Below, one piece after another: positions 57,409-64,000 of a DNA stretch of 64,000 nt. A program made the position numbers and the translations under genes. This DNA is from an uncultured Muribaculaceae bacterium (GTDB taxonomy: Bacteria; Bacillota_I; Bacilli_A; RF39; UBA660): the NCBI GenBank assembly GCA_964493665.1, contig CAZBOZ010000002.1, positions 1,207 through 65,206 on the forward strand, given 5' to 3'. Numbering within the stretch: the first letter of the stretch is position 1; each line of letters starts with the position of its first letter. Under the pieces are notes generated by a model, which worked only from the letters and a program-made list of their open reading frames with translations, was not told the DNA's origin and made no database searches.

Positions 57409-59013
57409 ATGACAAAATACGTTTTCGTTACAGGTGGAGTAGTATCAGGATTAGGGAAAGGAATAACAGCATCAAGTCTAGCTTTATTATTAAAATCACG
57501 TGGTTATAAAATCTTTATGCAAAAGTTTGATCCTTATTTTAATGTTGATCCAGGCACAATGAATCCAGTTCAACATGGAGAAGTATTTGTAACTGCTGAT
57601 GGTTGTGAAACCGATTTAGATTTAGGTCATTATGAAAGATTTATTGATGAAGAATTAAACTATACATCAAATATTACTAGTGGTCAGATATATTACTCAG
57701 TAATTAAAAAAGAACGTAAAGGAGACTTTTTAGGATCAACAGTTCAAATGGTACCACATATTACTAATGAAATAAAAAACAAGGTCTATGAAGCGGGAAT
57801 TACCTCTGGAGCTGATATTGTTATCACGGAAATTGGTGGTACAGTAGGAGATATAGAAAGCGAAGCATTTATTGAATCAATTAGACAAATACAAAGTGAA
57901 AAAGGTAGTGAAAACACTTTCTTTGTTCATACTACTTTAGTACCATTTATATATGGTTCTGATGAACTTAAAACTAAGCCCACTCAAAATAGTGTTAAAG
58001 ACTTAAGAAATAGGGGGATAAGACCAGATGCTTTAGTATGTAGAGCTCCTTTTAATACCTCAGATGCTATAAAAGAAAAATTATCTTTATTTTGTGGTGT
58101 TCCTAAAGCTAATGTTATTGATGCTATTGATGTAAAAAATGTTTACCAAATACCTATTAATTTTTATGAACAACATATTGATGAAATAGTTTTAAAACAA
58201 TTTAAATTAAAAGTTAATAAAGCTGATATAAAATATTGGTATAACTTAGTAGAAACTGTATCTAATTTAACAAATAAAATTGAAATAGCTTTAGTAGGCA
58301 AATATACTGAATTACATGATGCTTATATATCAGTAGTAGAATCTTTAAAACATGCGGGATATAAATATAATACTAAAATAGATATAAAATGGATTAATTC
58401 TGAAGACTTAGAAAAAGATAAAGCTGATTTAAAGAAAATATTTAAAAATTCTAAAGGCATTATTGTTCCAGGAGGTTTTGGATCTCGTGGTATAGAAGGT
58501 AAAATAAAAGCCATTAAATATGCTAGAGAAAACAAAATACCATATTTAGGACTTTGTTTAGGAATGCAACTAGCTGTAATTGAATTTGCTAGAAATGTCT
58601 GTAAACTAGAAGATGTTAATTCAACAGAATTTGATTCAGTATGTAAAACTCCTATAATAGATTTAATGGCTGATCAAAAAGGTATACTTAATATGGGTGG
58701 TACATTAAGATTAGGAAACTATGAATGTGCTTTAAAAAGGGATTCTATAGCTTTTAAAACCTATAAAGAAGAACATATACTAGAAAGACATAGACATCGT
58801 TATGAATTTAATAATAAATACAAAGAAATATTAGAAAATAATGGTATGGTATTTTCTGGTATAAATGAAAAAGCCAACTTAGTAGAAATAATAGAACTAC
58901 CATCCCATCCATGCTTTATAGCTTGTCAATTCCATCCAGAATTTAAAAGTAGACCAACTAAACCTCATCCCTTGTTTGATATATTTATAAAAACAAGTAT
59001 TGAAAAAAAGTAA
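57409..59013 (+). CDS. pyrG: CTP synthase
   Basis: MTKYVFVTGGVVSGLGKGITASS N-terminus; GATase catalytic LGLCLGMQ. ATG 57409 follows RBS gggagg; the track ORF start 57373 is upstream in frame. Confidence 0.9.
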   Translation: MTKYVFVTGGVVSGLGKGITASSLALLLKSRGYKIFMQKFDPYFNVDPGTMNPVQHGEVFVTADGCETDLDLGHYERFIDEELNYTSNITSGQIYYSVIKKERKGDFLGSTVQMVPHITNEIKNKVYEAGITSGADIVITEIGGTVGDIESEAFIESIRQIQSEKGSENTFFVHTTLVPFIYGSDELKTKPTQNSVKDLRNRGIRPDALVCRAPFNTSDAIKEKLSLFCGVPKANVIDAIDVKNVYQIPINFYEQHIDEIVLKQFKLKVNKADIKYWYNLVETVSNLTNKIEIALVGKYTELHDAYISVVESLKHAGYKYNTKIDIKWINSEDLEKDKADLKKIFKNSKGIIVPGGFGSRGIEGKIKAIKYARENKIPYLGLCLGMQLAVIEFARNVCKLEDVNSTEFDSVCKTPIIDLMADQKGILNMGGTLRLGNYECALKRDSIAFKTYKEEHILERHRHRYEFNNKYKEILENNGMVFSGINEKANLVEIIELPSHPCFIACQFHPEFKSRPTKPHPLFDIFIKTSIEKK

Positions 59014-59018
59014 AATAC

Positions 59019-59046
59019 TTGCTTTTTTAATTGCAATTAATATAAT
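59019..59046 (+). promoter_or_regulatory. Putative promoter TTGCTT-N16-TATAAT whose spacer is a perfect 14-bp palindrome (ttaattgcaattaa, 59027-59040); candidate operator for the polysaccharide operon
   Basis: ttgctt at 59019-59024, palindrome at 59027-59040, tataat at 59041-59046. Confidence 0.4.
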
Positions 59047-59075
59047 TAAAAGCTATTATTATGATAGGTGATATC

Positions 59076-59789
59076 ATGAAGGAAACAATATTAGGATTTA
59101 ATGTTTTAAACACTGATTATGATAATTTAATAAATAATATATTTACAGATATGAACAATAATAAGCAAAATTTTCTGGTTAATATAAACCCTATGATAAT
59201 ATTAAATTTTTATAAGAACAAAAAATATATAAAAATATTTAATGATGAAAAATATCAAATCCCTGATGGTGTGGGGATTGTTTTTGCTTCTAAATTTAGA
59301 AAAAATATTATTAAAAATAGAATAACTGGAATTGATTTGATGGAAAAAATATGCGAGGAATCAGCTAAACAAAGCAAAACAATATTTTTGTGTGGAGCAA
59401 AACCTAATGTGGCGGCTAAAACGCAAAAAAAATTGGAAAATAAATATAAAAAAATCAAAATAGTAGGCTGTTGCGATGGTTATATTAAAGAAAATGAAAT
59501 GATAGAAAAAATCAAAAAATCTAATCCAGACATTGTTTTTGTTGCATTGGGATCTCCTAAACAAGAAGAATTTATTTTAAACAATAGAAACATATTAAAG
59601 AACGTAAAATTATTCATGCCAGTTGGAGGCTCTTTTGACGTAATATCAGGAAATATAAAAAGATCTCCAGAATTTTATCAAAATATGCATATTGAATGGC
59701 TATATAGAATGATAAAAGAACCTAGAAGAATTAAACAAAACATCTTATTAATTAAATTCATTTTTTTGGTTCTTTTGACAAAGAAATGA
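59076..59789 (+). CDS. tagA: WecB/TagA/CpsF-family glycosyltransferase (N-acetylmannosaminyltransferase-like)
   Basis: ILGFNVLNTDYDNLINNI...NPMIILNFYKN...IPDGVGIVFASKF conserved TagA core. ATG 59076 follows SD ataggtga. Confidence 0.75.
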   Translation: MKETILGFNVLNTDYDNLINNIFTDMNNNKQNFLVNINPMIILNFYKNKKYIKIFNDEKYQIPDGVGIVFASKFRKNIIKNRITGIDLMEKICEESAKQSKTIFLCGAKPNVAAKTQKKLENKYKKIKIVGCCDGYIKENEMIEKIKKSNPDIVFVALGSPKQEEFILNNRNILKNVKLFMPVGGSFDVISGNIKRSPEFYQNMHIEWLYRMIKEPRRIKQNILLIKFIFLVLLTKK

Positions 59790-59808
59790 TATAATAAAAA
59801 GGATTATT

Positions 59809-61329
59809 ATGAGAAAAAGAAATTCAATTAACAATTTTTTAACAACTTTTCTTCCTTATGTATTAATTGCGTTATTAGGATTTATCAAAACAAAGGTTTT
59901 TGTTTCTGGTTTGGGCGATGATACATATGCACTAGATCAATTGTTTTATCAGATATTAGCTTATATAAGTTTGGCCGAAGGTGGAGTTGGCTTATTTATT
60001 GTACAAAAATATTATAAATGTTTTGCTGAAAATGATAAAGATCAAATAAATGATATATTTAATTCTTCTAAGAAAGTGTTGAAATATATTGGATTATTAA
60101 TGATTGTTTCCGGATTAGTGACTTCTTTTTTTATAGGATACCTTACAAATAATTCTTTAACATTTTCATATATGCAAATTGTTTTTATTTTGTTTTTATT
60201 AAAAAATATTTTAGATTATTTTATGTTTGCGCCAAGATTTTTACTTCAAGGAGATCAAAAACTATATAAGGTTAACGTTTGGGTTAACTTAATAAGAATA
60301 TTAGATTTATTATTATCTATTATTTTGGTTAGATTGGGCGTTGATTATTTACTAATTTTAATTCCGGGTATAATAATAAAATTTATTTTAAATATCGTAA
60401 TAAATAAGATAGTTTATAAAGAATATCCTTGGTTAAAGGATTATAAAGTTTTAAATATTAAAATGTTTAAAGGAATTAGGCATATTTTTGCCCAAAAAGT
60501 TTCGGGAGTAGTTTTTTATAATACAGATATTATATTAATATCGACATTTATTAATCCAATAGGTGTAGTTATTTATTCAGCTTATAATTATATTTCAAAA
60601 TCATTAATAGATGTAGTAGTTATGTTTGGTAATGCTTTGTCGCCTAGTTTTGGTAATGTTCTTTTTAAAGAGAACAAACAAATTCAATATGAAACATTTG
60701 AAGAATTAAATATACTTTTTTATTTTATAGGTGGGTTTGTTTCTGTTTTGTTTTTATTATTGGCTACTCCTTTTGTTAATTTGTGGGTAGGCTCAAAATA
60801 TTTAATCCCCTTATCGGGTTTAATATATATGACATTAATTTTGTATTTCACGATTAGTAGGAGAATGATTTTAATTACAAAGGATAGTTTAGGCCTTTTT
60901 AAAGAAACTAAAGCAATAATTTTGTTAGAAGCTATAATAAACTTAACTTTATCGTTATTATTTCTATTGGTTTTTAAAATGGGAATATCTGGTGTTTTGC
61001 TGGCAACAATTTTATCAACTTTAGTTACCACATTTTGGCACATACCATATCATTTATTTAAAAATTATTTTAATAAAAGCTTCTTTTCGTATATTAAAAT
61101 TTATATTTTAACGGTTATAATAATAAGTTTAATATATTGTGCTTTTAAACTTATCCTTACATTTCCAATTGAGAATTTCTATCAATGGTTTATATGTGCT
61201 TTATTATATAGTATAATAATATTTGTAGTAATGTTTTTAATATTTTATGTTATTTACAATCCTTTTAGAAATTTAATGAAAAAATGGTATAAATTTTTAA
61301 AAGTTAATAAGAGAAAGAGAAAAAATTAA
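59809..61329 (+). CDS. Polysaccharide biosynthesis protein / Wzx-like flippase (MOP superfamily, about 14 TM)
   Basis: 506-aa polytopic membrane protein with the usual PST-family topology. Adjacent to TagA-like GT and Wzy-like genes. Confidence 0.65.
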   Translation: MRKRNSINNFLTTFLPYVLIALLGFIKTKVFVSGLGDDTYALDQLFYQILAYISLAEGGVGLFIVQKYYKCFAENDKDQINDIFNSSKKVLKYIGLLMIVSGLVTSFFIGYLTNNSLTFSYMQIVFILFLLKNILDYFMFAPRFLLQGDQKLYKVNVWVNLIRILDLLLSIILVRLGVDYLLILIPGIIIKFILNIVINKIVYKEYPWLKDYKVLNIKMFKGIRHIFAQKVSGVVFYNTDIILISTFINPIGVVIYSAYNYISKSLIDVVVMFGNALSPSFGNVLFKENKQIQYETFEELNILFYFIGGFVSVLFLLLATPFVNLWVGSKYLIPLSGLIYMTLILYFTISRRMILITKDSLGLFKETKAIILLEAIINLTLSLLFLLVFKMGISGVLLATILSTLVTTFWHIPYHLFKNYFNKSFFSYIKIYILTVIIISLIYCAFKLILTFPIENFYQWFICALLYSIIIFVVMFLIFYVIYNPFRNLMKKWYKFLKVNKRKRKN

Positions 61330-61331
61330 AG

Positions 61332-62948
61332 ATGAGTAACAGTATGTTTTTGAAATACAAAAATAAGTTTATAAGTTTTTATAAACAAGCAAGCAATAAA
61401 AATTGGATTAAAAATTTTTTTCAAGTTGTTTTTTATGTTTTGCTGATTAGCCAACCAATATTGGATTTGTATTGGATTTATAATAGTTCCGTTAACGTTT
61501 TTAGTTTTAATATTGCTACACTTTTAAGGTTATTGCTGATATTTCTATTAATAATAAGCAGTATATTTGTAATAAAATATAAAGGAAAATTAAAATATTT
61601 AATTATATATTTTGTTTTAACCTTCATATATTTTATGCTTCATCATTATAATGCCTTAAATTTCAATTGTTTAGTCCCTAATAATTTTTCGTATAGCTGG
61701 ATAGAAGAACTGTTTTATATTATAAGATTAGAAATTCCATTATTAATTATTTTCTTCACTTATCATATCAAACTTAATAATAAGGTTATTAATTATATAC
61801 TATATTTTATATGTTTGTTTTTTTCACTTAGTATTATAATTGGTAATTTGCTTCATATATCATTTATTTCTTATGGAGACACAAAAAATTTGGGTAGTAT
61901 TTTAGATTGGTTTTTAAATTCTAATAAATATTCATATATGGTGTTGGCAAGTAAAGGATTTTTCTTTAGTAGTTGGGTTACCACAAATCTTATTTTGCTA
62001 AGCCCATATATGTATTATAGATTTGTAAAAACAAATAAATGGTATTATTATATTTTATTGTTTTTTATTACTTTATCAATGTTTATAGTTGGAATCAAGG
62101 CCACTACATATTCTATCGTTTTAATAAATATTATAATGCTACTTATGTATATATTTTTCTTAGTAATTAAAAAAATAAAAATTAATAAAATGGTATTAGT
62201 TTTTTTGGTGTCTCTTAACGCTTTGTGCTTTATTGTATATCCATATAGTCCAGCCATCAAAAGAACCTCGTTTGACAATAACTTTTCTGAAAACTTAAAA
62301 GAAAATTTGGATGAAAAATTAATTGATTCGACCGAAGCTGATAAACTATTGGAAAAAGAAAATATTGGTGATTTATTATTATTAAATGTTTCAAAATATG
62401 AAAGAAAAGAAGTGCTGATTGATTATTTTAATAAATTTTATAAATATTTAGGAATAAATATAAAATATATTAAGAAAAGTTATTCTTATACTTATGATCC
62501 TGAGTTTTGGTACAGTTTTATAGAATCTGTGCCGATTTCTGAAAGATATAAAAATAGGAACATACAACTAAAAATATATAATAGGATAAAAGAGTCAAAT
62601 AACAACAAGTTAGATGAATATTTAGGCATAACGTTTTCAAGGGGCAGTAAAATTGTTACTATAGAGCAAGATTTTATTTATCAATATTATACGTTGGGTT
62701 TGGTTGGGATATTTTTGTTTCTAAGTCCATATATAATTTTAGTCATTTATTCAATAATTTTATTACTAATAAAATTTAAAGAAAAAATGAATTTAGAAAA
62801 CTGTTCTATTTTACTTGGAATAGGCCTTACTTTGTTCGTTTCTTTTTATAGTGGAAATATAATTGACACACTAGGGGTTACTATAATTTTGGGATTTATG
62901 AGTGGATTTTTATTAAAAAAATTGCATAATAAGAGTGATGGATATTAA
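61332..62948 (+). CDS. O-antigen ligase/polymerase (Wzy)-like polytopic membrane protein with a large extracytoplasmic loop
   Basis: About 12 TM helices with a ~150-aa hydrophilic loop near the C-terminal third. Locus context. Confidence 0.55.
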   Translation: MSNSMFLKYKNKFISFYKQASNKNWIKNFFQVVFYVLLISQPILDLYWIYNSSVNVFSFNIATLLRLLLIFLLIISSIFVIKYKGKLKYLIIYFVLTFIYFMLHHYNALNFNCLVPNNFSYSWIEELFYIIRLEIPLLIIFFTYHIKLNNKVINYILYFICLFFSLSIIIGNLLHISFISYGDTKNLGSILDWFLNSNKYSYMVLASKGFFFSSWVTTNLILLSPYMYYRFVKTNKWYYYILLFFITLSMFIVGIKATTYSIVLINIIMLLMYIFFLVIKKIKINKMVLVFLVSLNALCFIVYPYSPAIKRTSFDNNFSENLKENLDEKLIDSTEADKLLEKENIGDLLLLNVSKYERKEVLIDYFNKFYKYLGINIKYIKKSYSYTYDPEFWYSFIESVPISERYKNRNIQLKIYNRIKESNNNKLDEYLGITFSRGSKIVTIEQDFIYQYYTLGLVGIFLFLSPYIILVIYSIILLLIKFKEKMNLENCSILLGIGLTLFVSFYSGNIIDTLGVTIILGFMSGFLLKKLHNKSDGY

Positions 62949-62977
62949 CTATTAAAATAATTATATGTTAGATAAAT

Positions 62978-63931
62978 ATGCTATGTGTTGAAGAGGTGAT
63001 TTATATGAATTTAAAAAACAATCCATTTTTGTACATAAAAAGCTTTGGTTTATATTTATGGTTTATTCAAATTGTAATTATAATACTAAATAAATTTAAT
63101 ATTTTTAAATTATATAAAAACAATTTAAGGAAAAAAAAGAATGAAATTATAAATAAATATCTAACCAAAAATTATCAACATCTAATTAATAAATATAAAA
63201 AAGTTAGAGATTTGCCAGGTAAAGTGTCTGACAATATATGGATATTTTGGTGGCAAGGAATAAACAATGCACCTGAGATTGTAAAAATATGTATAAAAAG
63301 TATAAAACTTTATTGTAAAGGCTACAAAATAAATGTTATAACAAAAAACAATATTGGGGAATATTATAAAATACCCAAATATATTTCTGAAAAAATGAAA
63401 AACAATACCATTTCATTAACACATTTATCTGATCTACTTAGATTTAATTTATTGAAATTATATGGTGGTTTTTGGATTGATGCAACGATATATCTTACCA
63501 ACAGTCCTTTTATAGAAAAAAGATTTGAAAATTTTTATACTGTAAAATTTCAAGCAGAAAGTGATCAAACTAGTATATCAAAAGGAAAATGGTGCGGATT
63601 TTTTCAAGGAGGTTGGAATCCAATTTATTATTGTTTTATGGTGGATTTTTTTAATGAATATTGGAAAAAAGAGCAATTAATAATTGACTATTTTTTGATA
63701 GATTATGCTGTGAATATCGCTTATAATAATATAAGCTCTGTAAAAAGGATATTTGACAAAATACCGCAAAATAATGAGAACATTCATGAGCTTCAATCTT
63801 TATTAAACAAACCATTTAATGAAACTGAATTTTCGCAATTAAAAAAAACAAATTCTGTTCATAAACTGTCATATAAAGAAAAAATAAATTATTTAAAAGG
63901 AAGCTATATTAATTATATATTAAAAAAATAA
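62978..63931 (+). CDS. Capsular polysaccharide synthesis (Caps_synth-family) glycosyltransferase
   Basis: IWIFWWQGINNAPEIVKICIKS and LSDLLRFNLLKLYGGFWIDATIY match the Caps_synth / DXD sugar-binding GT pattern. Confidence 0.55.
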   Translation: MLCVEEVIYMNLKNNPFLYIKSFGLYLWFIQIVIIILNKFNIFKLYKNNLRKKKNEIINKYLTKNYQHLINKYKKVRDLPGKVSDNIWIFWWQGINNAPEIVKICIKSIKLYCKGYKINVITKNNIGEYYKIPKYISEKMKNNTISLTHLSDLLRFNLLKLYGGFWIDATIYLTNSPFIEKRFENFYTVKFQAESDQTSISKGKWCGFFQGGWNPIYYCFMVDFFNEYWKKEQLIIDYFLIDYAVNIAYNNISSVKRIFDKIPQNNENIHELQSLLNKPFNETEFSQLKKTNSVHKLSYKEKINYLKGSYINYILKK

Positions 63932-63962
63932 TTATAAATAAAATAAACCCAAGGAGGAATAA

Positions 63963-64000
63963 ATGAAAATATATGTATTGATGCCAACTTATAATGATGG
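63963..64000 (+). CDS. 5' end of a family-2 glycosyltransferase (MKIYVLMPTYNDG...), continues beyond the window
   Basis: RBS aaggagg; the N-terminal MPTYND is a typical GT2 start. Confidence 0.4.
   Translation, partial: MKIYVLMPTYND

Overview
This is an AT-rich (about 27% GC) chromosomal window from a Gram-positive low-GC Firmicute (Bacillota). It uses the standard genetic code and carries lipoteichoic-acid synthases, a PASTA-containing PBP and ComGC-type pilins; the exact taxon cannot be determined from sequence alone. Almost all genes are on the + strand and are core housekeeping, in this order: two tandem type IV pilins, nfo, rpmG, efp, tRNA-Arg (minus), sufC-sufD(short)-sufS-sufU, a DUF2207 protein, a YgjP-like hydrolase, a TrmH-family methyltransferase, rimM-trmD-[extra ORF]-rplS-lepB, a RhuM-Doc/Fic protein, rbgA, rnhB, LtaS, topA, an MBL/PhnP-like hydrolase, gatD and murT (minus), rpsB-tsf, glyA, an IMPACT-like ORF (minus), GNAT, a DUF5050 lipoprotein, uvrC, dnaG-sigA-trmK, tmcAL (minus), an extra ORF, yceD-like, rpmF, a dcw cluster (mraZ-rsmH-ftsL-pbp2B-tRNA-Leu-mraY-LtaS2-GT2(minus)-murG-murB-divIB), queH, two unknown ORFs, a Xer recombinase, a tandem-repeat array, a class II Fic, pyrG, and the start of a Wzy-dependent polysaccharide locus (TagA-like GT, Wzx, Wzy, GTs). 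The most unusual part is at 3311..8955. There a consensus sigma-A promoter drives a 534-aa protein with a type IV pilin N-terminus fused to a Flg_new repeat and a glycine-rich C-terminal domain, followed tightly by an ABC-2 exporter pair and a membrane-anchored Amidase_3-like wall-binding protein. Other points worth a second look are a 67-bp tandem repeat with a recurring ATGTYRCAAA decamer between the Xer gene and the Fic gene, identical 29-nt palindromic terminators flanking the MBL gene, a Rho_N/SAP-like tail on S2, a lysine-rich tail on L32, a SUF operon lacking SufB, MraZ-box repeats, and a rearranged dcw cluster with an embedded tRNA-Leu. No CRISPR array, rRNA or obvious prophage/IS element was seen.
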